From Caecitellus pseudoparvulus (lineage: Eukaryota; Protista; Bigyra: Bicosoecida): 64,000 nucleotides of DNA. Below the pieces are notes generated by a model, which worked only from the letters and a program-made list of their open reading frames with translations, was not told the origin of the DNA and did not search any database. The stretch is from positions 124,001 through 188,000 of the forward strand of contig CBFFRQ010000065.1 in NCBI GenBank assembly GCA_965644315.1, in the 5' to 3' direction. The stretch's first letter is position 1. Every line of letters begins with the position of its first letter. Made by a program: the position numbers and the translations under genes. Positions 1-9,656 of this stretch are shown here, piece after piece.

Positions 1-2
1 AG

Positions 3-3000
3 CAAATCGCCAAGTGGTACAAGGATGAAGGTGGCGACCCTGGGCCAGTGTTTGATGTCATTGCCTGGCGCCAAAGCGACGGTCACTGGGTGGCCGTCGT
101 GGACACTTCCGAGGCAGGTGACCTGGCGGGCGTGGAGCCCATGCTGCCGTACAAGTTCATGCGGCAGTGGCGGCGCCTGAGCGACGAGGCCCAGCTCAAC
201 TATGCTGTGAACATCTACCTGGACGGTGCCACCAGCGTGGCTGAGCCAGAGGATGTCTCCATCCTCGACGCCATGGAGCACCTGAACTCGGTGACGGTGT
301 CCATCATCACTGACGCCGGCAGCCACGGGACTCACGTCGCAGGCATCTCGGCGGGGTACTTTCCAGACGACACCAGTGGCACCCTGAACGGCGTGGCTCC
401 CGGGGCTCAGATTGTCTCCATCAAGATCGGGGATACGCGACTGGGCTCGATGGAGACTGCAGCAGGTCTCATGCGTGGTGTGCGTGCTGTGCTGGACACA
501 GGCGCCCACGTTGTGAACATGTCGTACGGCGAATCGTACAGCCACGCACAGCAGGGTCGCTTCATCGAAGCCATCGAGGAGGCTGTGCGAGGCCGCGGTG
601 TCGTGTTCGTCACATCAGCGGGCAACTCTGGGCCAGCCATCACCACTGTCGGGGCGCCGGCAGGGTGCACATCCTGCGTCATCTCCGTCGCTGCTGCCGC
701 GACCCGTGCGCTCGCGAAGTCTGCGTACTCCCTTAACGTGACAAGGCGTGGAGCGTACGCTCGTGGGCACAAGTCCACTGCTGCGGACGTGACTGAAGAG
801 GATGAGGGTGCTGAGGACTTCATGGAGCCACCGGAGTCCATTCACTACACCTGGTCGTCCCGCGGCCCCAGCACTGACGGAGACCGAGGTGTCACTGTGA
901 CGGCTCCCGGTGGTGCTGTCACCTCCGTGCCAAACTGGACCCTGAAGAAGCAGCAGCTCATGAACGGCACATCCATGTCCTCCCCGCACACTGCGGGCTG
1001 TGTCGCTCTCCTGCTCTCGGCAGCAAAGCTGGCTGGCATCCCCACCAACCCGTACTCGCTCCGCAAGGCCCTGCAGCACTCGGCTCGCATTGTGCCTCAC
1101 GCTACCGTCTGGTGTGCAGGCGGCGGCATGGTGCACGTGCCAGCTGCGTGGGATGTACTGCGCCAGCTCTCCTCGCGCGTCGCCACCCACGTGCTCACGT
1201 GGGGTGCAAGCGAGTCCGCTTACACCATGGACTACGGCATCTCGTCGGAGGATGACGTCGTGGACCCGGAAGTGCTGGAGGAGGAGCGTGCAGAAGTCCT
1301 CACGGCGGCACGCGCAGTTGTCATGAACGCCGAGGCAGGGCAGCCTGTGGCAGAGGAGGGCGACCATGATCCATCTGCGGGTGAGCATGAGGTGCCCACG
1401 GTGGGCGGCGGCAAGCCCCTTGACACGGGCATTTCGGGTGACGCCCGGTTGGGCTGGTTCGACCCAGAGCTGCAGGTGACTGTGCCGTACCAGGGCTCTG
1501 GCGCCGGCACCAAGGCCGACCGTGGCATTTACTGGCGAGACCCTGCCCAGTCTGAGGTGTCCACTGACGTTGACATTGATGTCACCCCTCTCTGGCGTGA
1601 TGAGCGCCGAGACGTCATGACCAAGGGCTTCGATGGCGGCGCCGGCACGCAAGCTCGCCCAAACCTGTTCCTGCAACGCTTCAAGGTCCACTACCACCGC
1701 ACCGTTGTCCTGCGCTCCACTGCTCCCGGGTGGGTCATTGTGCCAGACCACATTGTCTTGCTGAACCGGGGCAGGTCCTTCAAGGCGCACATCGACGCCA
1801 CGAAGCTGCCTCGTGGAGGTGCATACTACGCCGAGATCCGAGCCTACGATGCGACCGACGTCGGCGACGGCGGCGCACAGGGTGTGGACCCCCTGCAGCC
1901 CCCCCTCTTCACAGTGCCCATTACTGTCGTGCGAGGAGCCATTCCCCAGCGCAACCCCGACGGTGGTGTCAACTACACCTTCGGGGCGCCCCCTGTCATG
2001 GACACCTCCATGGTGTCTGCCTGGCCAAAGGGTGCTGACTCCGCCTTCGACCCCGTCTCCCACGCTGCAGAGTCTGGTGGTGTGCCGGCGCGCAAAGCCT
2101 GGACCATCGGAGGCCACGGCGCGTGCTCTTGGCATGAGAGCAATGGTACAGTCATGGGAGGCACAGACGCTGAGCTGGACGCCCGCCCAGCGGGAACCCT
2201 GGACGATGACGACGACGGCTCCTCCGGCGTCCCTCACCCAGCCATGCTGCACTACACGCCAGGCCACATCGAACGGCGTTTCATCGCCGTCCCGGCAGGT
2301 GCGACGTGGGCCGACATTGTTGTGCGCCGCCTGGATGACGGCAGCGACGTGGAAGCTGCTGCGCCGGCGTCTCCGGACTCTGGTGCAGGTGACGTCACCT
2401 TGGCACGCCATAGGGGGCCCTCGGACTACAGTTCCCCTGGACCTGGCGCTTCCTTCGGTCGGTCTCGCACACCCGAGGCAAACCCTGGCGCTGCGTCAGG
2501 AACTCCCTCTGCTTCCCGCTCGCTTCAGAAGAAGGGTGTTGACATCGCCCCGGATGCAGAAGAGGTTGGCGCAGCCCACCCCGCACCAGGCACCCGCAAG
2601 GTGGCTGGGCGTCATGTCGCTGCCGCACGTGGTGCTATCGTGCATGCTGGCGGTGTGGCTGCAGCTTCCCTCCGTGACAGCAGCCCACGCCTGTATGCCA
2701 TCCACGCGGTGCAGGTGGAATCTGGCACATCTTTGAAGCACACGCAGAAGCAGCAGTACACGCGCCTTCGGCCGGCAGAGGCCAACACGGTCAGCGTGCG
2801 TGTGTCTCCTGGCTTGAGCCTGGAAGTGGCTGTGGCGCAGTTCTGGGCTTCCCTGGGCACGAGCAACATCACTGTTGAGGTGCACTTCCGAGGAGTTCAG
2901 GTTGAGGGTGTTGCAGCCATCGGCAGCATCACCACAAACAGCGACAAGTACGGCGCGGATTTCGCCCCAGGGGGTGCTGGCAGCTCCCTGCAGCTGGTGT

Positions 3001-5396
3001 CTGGCAGCCACCCTACCACGGTGCCCTTGACGCCCCTCCTCCACGATGTCACCATCAAACCAGAGGTGTCCCTCACTCACTGGACGCAGAGCTTCAACCC
3101 CAAGGCAACCTCCATCGCGCCCCTCATGCTGCCTGATGCACATGAAGCAGTCATCGCACACGCGGGGGGCAACCGTGCTGACACTCACTCACACTCTCGC
3201 TTGTACCAACTGCGCGTGCAGTTCGAGTACAGCATGCCCTCCGCTGTCAAGCCAGAGGTGAAGAAGGATGTCTACATGAGCATGGCATCTGCCCACGGCG
3301 CTGACCTGCTGTACGAATCCGCTTTTGACGAGTACCTGCTGACTGTCCACGACATCAGCACTGTCGCGGGGCGTCTGCGACTGCCTCGTACGGGGGAGCC
3401 CCTCATGTCGGTGTCAGGGTACTTCGGCGGGGTCGGGGAGGTCGTCGGCACGTCAGACGTCTTTCCTGAGCGCCTGACAAACCTCCGCGGGGGGCGAAAG
3501 TACCTTGTCGAAGTGCGTGTGAGCCACCCCTCCCACACTCTCCTCGCTGCCCTCGCTGATGCTGCTCAGCTGAACGTTACCATGCAGCTGAACAAGCCCA
3601 TTCAAGTGGCAGCATTCTCGGACAAGGTAGCAGCGGCCTTGGCTGGTGCGCACGGCGATGTGGGTGCCACTGGCTCAGATGCCTCAACCGGCAGCAGCGG
3701 CGTGTGGAAGACCCGCAAAGTCAAGGTTGGCATTCGCACAACTGTCGTGCTGGCCCCGCCCAGTCGCTCGCAGCTGCCCAAGTCTGCGCGAGCAGGCGAT
3801 GTCCTGCACGGCAAGGCCCTCTTTGCTGACTACTCTGGTGCGGCCGCAGCTCTGGCTCGTGGGACCAGCGCCAGCTCTCGGCACCCCACCGGGTACGGCG
3901 TTCGCCTCACTGTCACCACAAAGCAGGGAACTCAGAAACGAGCCAAGGAAGGGGCAGAAGAGCCCCACCAGGGCGCCCTGGCGGGTCGCTTTGCAGTGGC
4001 AGCCCCCGGCGTTCCAGACTCCGTCACGGCCATCAAGGAGGTGACCAAGCTGGAAGATGAAGAGGCTGGTGCTGCTGCAAAGACTGAAGAGGAAAAGGCT
4101 GATGAGACTCAGCGAGACGCTGCCCTCACCCTCATCAAGGGCAGCATGTCTGTGCTTGAAAAACTCGCCTGGTCCCCAAAGCCGGAGGATCGATGGCACG
4201 CCATGTACGAGCTCCTGGCCTCCCAGCTGGACGCTGTGCAACCCGCAGCAGCCGGCTCTGGGTCAGAGAAGCGTGCCAGCAAGCCGGGTGGCCGTCGCGG
4301 CAGCATTGCCATCACCCCCCTTAAGCCAGCGACCGACGTGCTGGAGGAGCGACTGCAGCTGCTCAAGGTGCGCTACCACGCCATGGATGACTTCTACTGG
4401 GCTCAGCGCGTGCAGGCCGTCATGAAGCACATCCACTCAGCTGCTGAAGTGGGCACAGAGCAGAAACAGAGCTCTGAAGAGCCCGACCCTACCAAGCAGG
4501 GCGAAGAGAAGAGCGAGGCGCAGCTCGATGGTGCTGACCTTGCGGCTGACGCAGCTGCCCCCCTGGACGAGGAGACTGACGCGCTGGTGGACCAAGCTGG
4601 CACCGAGCTGCTGGAAACCCTGGACGTCGAGACCTTGCGACGCCACTTTGCTGTCATGCCCGCAAACTCCACCGCAGCGAAGGGAGGCGCATTGGACGAC
4701 ACCACCGCAAACCTTGTGGCTGTCACCACTGACGATGACCTGGATGAGGTAAAGCGCAAGCATGCTGTTGCGTGCAAGGACAAGAAGCTGGTTGTGGAGA
4801 CCCTCTGGCGCCTGGCGCGGCGTCGAGTCGCAGCCGTCTGGCGCCTCGCAGGCGAAGGTGTCCTGCTTGCACGCGGCGGGAAAGTCCCCCCTGACGGCGC
4901 CATCCCACTGCCATGGGTTGAGGAGCCTGATTGGATGGAGGTCCAGGGTCGCCTATCCTCCTGGGTTGATCCATCGTCAGCCAAGTACCGCCTCCTGGAG
5001 CTGGAAACCCACTGCCGAGCAAGGTCGTACGCTCGCGCCCTGCAGGTCACCATGACCTTGCTCAAGGATGCGCGTGGGTCCACGAAAGGCCTGCTCGCTG
5101 GCGAGTCCGCAGATGCCAACGGCACGGACGACGTCCCCCTCTCTGCTCCCATCTTGCTGGGCGTTCAGGCTGCGCTGCTGGCCCGCCTTCGCTGGGTTGA
5201 CTCTGGGGAAGCACAAGGTGCCACCGAAGACTCGGGCTCTGATGCTGCCTCCGCAGCGGACGAGCCCTCCGCGGAAGACGAGGCAAAGGAGGATGCGCCA
5301 GCCCTCACCCCTGGCAACGTCCTGCAAGAGCTCATTGCACGCCTGGCGCGCCCGCGCATCGCTGCAGCCGTGGCAGTCGACAAAAGGGCTGTGTAA
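3..5396 (+). CDS. TPP2: Tripeptidyl-peptidase II (subtilisin S8 family), 5'-truncated by the window edge, with long low-complexity insertions
   Basis: Frame is open from base 3 (QIAKWYKDEGGDPGPVFD). Motifs: HGTHVAGI (catalytic His), KIGDTRLGSMET, VTSAGNSGP (oxyanion Asn), TWSSRGP, APGGAVTSVPNW, LMNGTSMSSPH (catalytic Ser), PGHIERRFIAVPAGATW, AQFWASLG. The catalytic Asp lies upstream of the window. Confidence 0.93.
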   Translation, partial: QIAKWYKDEGGDPGPVFDVIAWRQSDGHWVAVVDTSEAGDLAGVEPMLPYKFMRQWRRLSDEAQLNYAVNIYLDGATSVAEPEDVSILDAMEHLNSVTVSIITDAGSHGTHVAGISAGYFPDDTSGTLNGVAPGAQIVSIKIGDTRLGSMETAAGLMRGVRAVLDTGAHVVNMSYGESYSHAQQGRFIEAIEEAVRGRGVVFVTSAGNSGPAITTVGAPAGCTSCVISVAAAATRALAKSAYSLNVTRRGAYARGHKSTAADVTEEDEGAEDFMEPPESIHYTWSSRGPSTDGDRGVTVTAPGGAVTSVPNWTLKKQQLMNGTSMSSPHTAGCVALLLSAAKLAGIPTNPYSLRKALQHSARIVPHATVWCAGGGMVHVPAAWDVLRQLSSRVATHVLTWGASESAYTMDYGISSEDDVVDPEVLEEERAEVLTAARAVVMNAEAGQPVAEEGDHDPSAGEHEVPTVGGGKPLDTGISGDARLGWFDPELQVTVPYQGSGAGTKADRGIYWRDPAQSEVSTDVDIDVTPLWRDERRDVMTKGFDGGAGTQARPNLFLQRFKVHYHRTVVLRSTAPGWVIVPDHIVLLNRGRSFKAHIDATKLPRGGAYYAEIRAYDATDVGDGGAQGVDPLQPPLFTVPITVVRGAIPQRNPDGGVNYTFGAPPVMDTSMVSAWPKGADSAFDPVSHAAESGGVPARKAWTIGGHGACSWHESNGTVMGGTDAELDARPAGTLDDDDDGSSGVPHPAMLHYTPGHIERRFIAVPAGATWADIVVRRLDDGSDVEAAAPASPDSGAGDVTLARHRGPSDYSSPGPGASFGRSRTPEANPGAASGTPSASRSLQKKGVDIAPDAEEVGAAHPAPGTRKVAGRHVAAARGAIVHAGGVAAASLRDSSPRLYAIHAVQVESGTSLKHTQKQQYTRLRPAEANTVSVRVSPGLSLEVAVAQFWASLGTSNITVEVHFRGVQVEGVAAIGSITTNSDKYGADFAPGGAGSSLQLVSGSHPTTVPLTPLLHDVTIKPEVSLTHWTQSFNPKATSIAPLMLPDAHEAVIAHAGGNRADTHSHSRLYQLRVQFEYSMPSAVKPEVKKDVYMSMASAHGADLLYESAFDEYLLTVHDISTVAGRLRLPRTGEPLMSVSGYFGGVGEVVGTSDVFPERLTNLRGGRKYLVEVRVSHPSHTLLAALADAAQLNVTMQLNKPIQVAAFSDKVAAALAGAHGDVGATGSDASTGSSGVWKTRKVKVGIRTTVVLAPPSRSQLPKSARAGDVLHGKALFADYSGAAAALARGTSASSRHPTGYGVRLTVTTKQGTQKRAKEGAEEPHQGALAGRFAVAAPGVPDSVTAIKEVTKLEDEEAGAAAKTEEEKADETQRDAALTLIKGSMSVLEKLAWSPKPEDRWHAMYELLASQLDAVQPAAAGSGSEKRASKPGGRRGSIAITPLKPATDVLEERLQLLKVRYHAMDDFYWAQRVQAVMKHIHSAAEVGTEQKQSSEEPDPTKQGEEKSEAQLDGADLAADAAAPLDEETDALVDQAGTELLETLDVETLRRHFAVMPANSTAAKGGALDDTTANLVAVTTDDDLDEVKRKHAVACKDKKLVVETLWRLARRRVAAVWRLAGEGVLLARGGKVPPDGAIPLPWVEEPDWMEVQGRLSSWVDPSSAKYRLLELETHCRARSYARALQVTMTLLKDARGSTKGLLAGESADANGTDDVPLSAPILLGVQAALLARLRWVDSGEAQGATEDSGSDAASAADEPSAEDEAKEDAPALTPGNVLQELIARLARPRIAAAVAVDKRAV

Positions 5397-5541
5397 CCAC
5401 AACCAGCAGCTCCGGAACAACTCGCTGTTTCGCTTTCCTCTCCTCAGTCTTCCCTCACAATGCATGCACATTGGGGAGTCACCATCCCAAGGACCGCTTC
5501 ACAAACCCCTTCACCTCGAGCGAAGTGTGCATGTTCACTGA

Positions 5542-6506
5542 GCAACCTGTGAAGGCACGGATGGCCACATTCTTAATAAGCGATGCAAGAGCAACTTCTC
5601 TGCGCCATGTCTGTGGAGCATCAAAACAGCTGCAGGAACGGGACGCAAATTAAGTGCTTCGAACCTCAACATACCACGCCTGCAACAGGAGATAGATCGG
5701 ACAGCACCCCAGCTATTCCCAGAGTGGGCATTCCACATCGCGGTGAGCTCAAATGAAGGCATCGCAGAGCACAGCATCAAGGTACAAACATACTTCGCTG
5801 AGTACAGAGGAACCACAACAACCCTTGGAACAAAGCACATCTCGAACGTTTGAAGGGCTAACAAGTATTCCCCAGCATCAGTTTCAGAAAGCAAAGTTCA
5901 CGTGCTGGAGTCTGTCCACTATTCTGTGCCCACCTTGTCTCCAAGCACTCAGATCGTGCACCCTGTCGACAGAGAGGGCAGAGTCAAAACTGATGCCTGC
6001 CCTGTTCTCTTGACCTGTAGCGGGACAACATGAAGGACATTGAACATCCAACCACTGCTGCCACATGCAGACAACCCTGACTGGCAGCCATTCGTTGAAA
6101 AAGTGCTGCAGGGAAGGGCCAGCCTCAAATTCAACAGTGAAGACGAGAATGAACCACGGTGGCATTCGGGGAAATCATTGAAACCATGAACGTGAGGAAT
6201 ACTCCTTGTGCAGAGGCAGAATATTTCATATTCAAGCATGCGTGTGGATCACCAATTCACGCACAGGCGGCTGAAGGCTGCAGAAAGTCTTGCCCACGTT
6301 GTTCATGTCACTGCAAAAAATCATCACATCGCAAGCAGATCATTCTCCTGTACACCTACAACCTGCAACAAACTACGCTCGTCGCACTCAGGCGAACGAA
6401 AACGACAAGGAGGAATACCAAACACGAGAGTGCGCAGGGAAAAATAGAGCATAGAACTCCTACAAAGCCCTTGTGTGTGTTGCCTTGTGCATCGACCATA
6501 TCATGA
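5542..6506 (+). pseudogene. Probable decayed coding sequence of unknown family
   Basis: One + frame reads about 215 codons (5542-6186), broken only by TGA at 5851 and 6031, with protein-like text (LNIPRLQQEIDRTAPQLFPEWAFHIAV; LNIQPLLPHADNPDWQPFVEKVLQG). It may continue through a frameshift into ORF 6159-6506. Confidence 0.3.
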
Positions 6507-8066
6507 AAAGATGGTTCCTCAAGCTCTCGTCACTCAATGGCTTGCTTAAACGAGCAACTTGGATACTAACTTTGATTTGGGTGTGCAGCAGCGTAAACGG
6601 GAATTGATTCGATCTTTTCGACCAGAAGAGGCTTCCCAAGATGCAAACATGCATCATTGCCTCACAAGCAAAGGCGGGCATATTTCCCACGCACCGAATA
6701 CGTAAAGGGGGTGATGTGTTGTGCACTTTTAGACCTGAAAGACAGTCTAGTCGAAATGTACATGCCACTTCTCTCATTCTCAGCGAATCACTAGGAAGGC
6801 CATGCTCCCCCGTAAGCATGGAATTGCCAAGGGCTGGTGTCAGACTTTGTGGAGAAGAGGCAGCTGGGACTGCTGCCACTTTCCCATGCCTGCTTCTTTG
6901 GGACGCCCAGCCTTACCGCCAATCTGCGAAGATGATGCTTTGACTGTGTAGCACTTTCCCGTGGACACGCCTTCCAAACGTCTCAGTCCGGTGTGAAAGC
7001 TTGCTTCAGGGTACAGATGGCAGGCAACGAGAACTGGTGTTGAGATCAACGATCGAAGAAGCAGATACCCCAGCAAAAGGCTGGACTGAGCCTGCAGCAT
7101 AAACTAGAACTTCGGCTGCAGGTGGTGCGAGCGATCATGCTTGAACTGGCGAAGACAGAGCTGACCATCAATAGAATTGGAGCTATGGACTCTGTAGACT
7201 GGACAGCGTTTGGGATCATGCTGGCAAGCAGGATGCTTTTGGGTGTCAAAACCTTCCTGTTGGCTGGAAATGTATAAAGAACAATGTTCACACAGAAAGT
7301 TCTGCTACTTGACGGTACAATTGCATCTGTGGATGCCAGTAGTGCAGCTGTAGGCCCAGCTGGACCAACAGATTGAATTCTCGCCCCGCAAGAGAATGCC
7401 GAACGCCTCTGCGGAAATGAGTACGTTGGTTCTGCAGGCAGTCAAGGAACACTCCTGCATTGTTTTGAGAAAAGGCTGGGGGGACTCCGCGCCTAACTCT
7501 GAAGTGCGCTAAATCGCCTTGCACACTTCTCGCCTTGACCACCTTTTGGTGTCATGTGACATAAAAATGCATTGTGGACATTCAAGCAAAAATTTCTGGA
7601 AAGTTGAAACCGGATATATTCGTTTGGTATTCTTCTCCTCGAGATACGGTGCGTCCATTTCAAAAACGTCTCTGGTTTCATTTTTCTAAACGAATCGGAT
7701 GTGTTTGGTTTTGCTTGGAGCATGTGAAAATAGCAACTTTGTGCATGAACTGGAGACTCTTCTTTCTCTGTTGTAGTTGGGCCCGGATTGTCCACGATTG
7801 AGCTCAGATTCTTTGGTACGCAAGTGCACCTCCTTGTCCTTCAGTTGGCATCTGATGTTCGCTTTGTACAATCTCAGTCATACCTGGCCTGTGATTCTTG
7901 GGTGAGCAGCCCATTCGGCGGCTCCATACACATTCATTGCCTTCAGTTAGTTTGGTTGATTTGTGCCCGTTAAGGCGGGCGTCTTTTTATTCTGCCGTTG
8001 TGGTTTGGTTTTGCACCGTGCAAGCACAACTTTGATTGTTGCATTCACGTCAGATAGCTGGCACAT

Positions 8067-9284
8067 TCAAGTGTACCGTTTCCTCCCGCTTGCACTGATA
8101 GTGTACCTGCCTCCCCTAGGCCCAACGTACACTTGACTTCCACGCGAAGTGGACGAGGCAGGAGTGGCTCTCGCTGGAACGGATGTCCTTGATGCAAAGC
8201 TCGACCTACCTCCTCCCGATGGCAGGTACTGCTTCTTCCCGCTCTCGCTCACAGTGTATCGGCCTCCACGGGGTCCAACGTGCACTGTGGCGGGGCTTGC
8301 AGTGGCCGGTTTGGCTTTGGGCCCCGCCGCCTTGGCTTTCACGGGTGTTGAGTACGGGTCTCGGGCTGGTGATGCAGAGGTTGACCCACCTCCTCCCGAT
8401 GGCAGGTACTGCTTCTTCCCGCTCTCGCTCACAGTGTATCGGCCTCCACGGGGTCCAACGTGCACTGTGGCGGGGCTTGCAGTGGCCGGTTTGGCTTTGG
8501 GCCCCGCCGCCTTGGCTTTCACGGGTGTTGAGTACGGGTCTCGGGCTGGTGATGCAGAGGTTGACCCACCTCCTCCCGATGGCAGGTACTGCTTCTTCCC
8601 GCTCTCGCTCACAGTGTATCGGCCTCCACGGGGTCCAACGTGCACTGTGGCGGGGCTTGCAGTGGCCGGTTTGGCTTTGGGCCCCGCCGCCTTGGCAACA
8701 ACGCGAGCTGCTGAGGCCTTCTCTTCTGTGGCTTGCGGGATCCCTTCGCGAAAGTGTCGGCTGATGATCCTTTTGCCCTCTTTCACAGTCACTCCTCTCG
8801 TTTTGGTGTTGTCTGAGACTGCTGCGAGGGCATCGACAAGCTGTCTCATTTCCTCGTGGAAGGCCTTCGCTTTCGCCTGGCCTTTGGGGGGCTTCGGTGC
8901 CCCATGAGATGCAGCCTCATACTGCCGGATCTTGGTCCGGTTGCGGCCCAGCTGCAACTGGCTCAAGTCAGACTTGCCTCGCAAGACGCCCATGATGCCC
9001 TCTTCGGCGCCCTTGTCCACGACCCGGTTCCCTTCCGCTGTCTTCATCCGCAAGTTGGAGCTTGCTGCGGCATACTGCCTGACATACACCATGTCGTCGC
9101 TGTCTTTGCGGATGCCAACACTGTTGGCCACATGAGCGATGAGTCCACAGTCAATCTTGTGCGCAAGATCCCGTGGCGCACCAGGAGATGCTCTCTCACG
9201 CCTGACAGTGGAGAAGTTCCTGCTTCCAGCGCCATGCCTCACGTCTGCCGCTTTGCAAATGTCTGTTGGAGCCCCTGATGCCAT
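8067..9284 (-). CDS. 405-aa basic protein: N-terminal His-Me/HNH-like segment plus four GPRGGRY..SG(K/R)K.Y modules (PBCV basic adaptor-like)
   Basis: Intronless ORF. Carries DLAHKID...SNLRMKTAEGNRVVD, three copies of VHVGPRGGRYTVSESGKKQYL and a terminal VYVGPRGGRYTISASGRKRYT. A TATAAG lies about 75 nt upstream and AATAAA (7986-7991, - strand) about 75 nt downstream of the stop. Confidence 0.75.
   Translation of the reverse strand: MASGAPTDICKAADVRHGAGSRNFSTVRRERASPGAPRDLAHKIDCGLIAHVANSVGIRKDSDDMVYVRQYAAASSNLRMKTAEGNRVVDKGAEEGIMGVLRGKSDLSQLQLGRNRTKIRQYEAASHGAPKPPKGQAKAKAFHEEMRQLVDALAAVSDNTKTRGVTVKEGKRIISRHFREGIPQATEEKASAARVVAKAAGPKAKPATASPATVHVGPRGGRYTVSESGKKQYLPSGGGGSTSASPARDPYSTPVKAKAAGPKAKPATASPATVHVGPRGGRYTVSESGKKQYLPSGGGGSTSASPARDPYSTPVKAKAAGPKAKPATASPATVHVGPRGGRYTVSESGKKQYLPSGGGRSSFASRTSVPARATPASSTSRGSQVYVGPRGGRYTISASGRKRYT
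8208..8696. repeat. Perfect 180-bp tandem repeat, about 2.7 copies (in-frame 60-aa unit)
   Basis: Lines starting at 8221, 8401 and 8581 are identical, and no mismatches were seen between copies from 8208 to 8696. Confidence 0.97.
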
Positions 9285-9577
9285 GCTGGTGTTCTTGCGC
9301 GGCAGGAAGGGTGATGCTGGTTTGAGGGTTTCGGCTCAGCGGCTGCGAGAAGTGCTGCTTATAGGCACGGCCAGGTGGCGAGTCCTTCCAGGGCCTAAAT
9401 CTGCTATGCGATCAAAACATGTGATGATAACAGTGTGGATGTGTTCGAATGGAGATAAAGTTTGACCGTCATGCCTTGAATGTGCATGGTTGAGTGGTTG
9501 GTCGCGAAACGCCAGCAAACAGCTTCGAAAAATGATCAAGATAGCTTTAAAATGACATAATTCACACATCTGATCAA

Positions 9578-9649
9578 GCACTTGTAGTTCAGTGGTAGAA
9601 CGCAGATTTAGTAAGTCTGAGGTCCGCGGTTCAATTCCGCGTAAGTGCA
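9578..9649 (+). tRNA. tRNA-Thr (anticodon AGT), intronless
   Basis: Cloverleaf folds by hand: acceptor GCACTTG/TAAGTGC plus discriminator A; D arm GTTC-AGTGGTA-GAAC; anticodon arm CAGAT-TTAGTAA-GTCTG (AGT at 9610-9612); T arm CGCGG-TTCAATT-CCGCG. No encoded CCA. Confidence 0.95.
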
Positions 9650-9651
9650 AC

Positions 9652-9656
9652 TTTTT
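9652..9656 (+). terminator. RNA polymerase III terminator (T5) of the tRNA-Thr gene
   Basis: TTTTT begins 3 nt after the discriminator base. Confidence 0.75.

Larger units (their letters stand above)
5400..9570. mobile_element. Candidate foreign or accessory island (5400-8060 distinctly lower in GC) directly upstream of a tRNA gene
   Basis: Spot GC counts are about 47% (line 5821) and 30% (line 7561), against about 67% in TPP2. No conserved housekeeping gene is present. It contains decayed reading frames and an intronless repeat-bearing ORF. No terminal repeats, target-site duplication, integrase or RT motif could be found by eye. Confidence 0.3.

Noticed and set aside
6816-6935. WNCQGL as the start of a non-LTR retrotransposon AP endonuclease
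   Set aside because: It is preceded by a stop, with no downstream LQET, GDFN or SDH motifs and no RT motifs nearby; likely chance.
7574-7801. KPDIFVW as a PD-(D/E)xK nuclease fragment
   Set aside because: Short ORF with no downstream (D/E)xK and no other support.
9336-9650. 104-aa minus-strand ORF (MHLRGIEPRTSDL...)
   Set aside because: It is the antisense translation of the tRNA gene.
5400-9650. Prophage-like integration with a tRNA att duplication
   Set aside because: No duplicate of the tRNA end and no integrase was found. The island lies on the 5' side of a eukaryotic tRNA.
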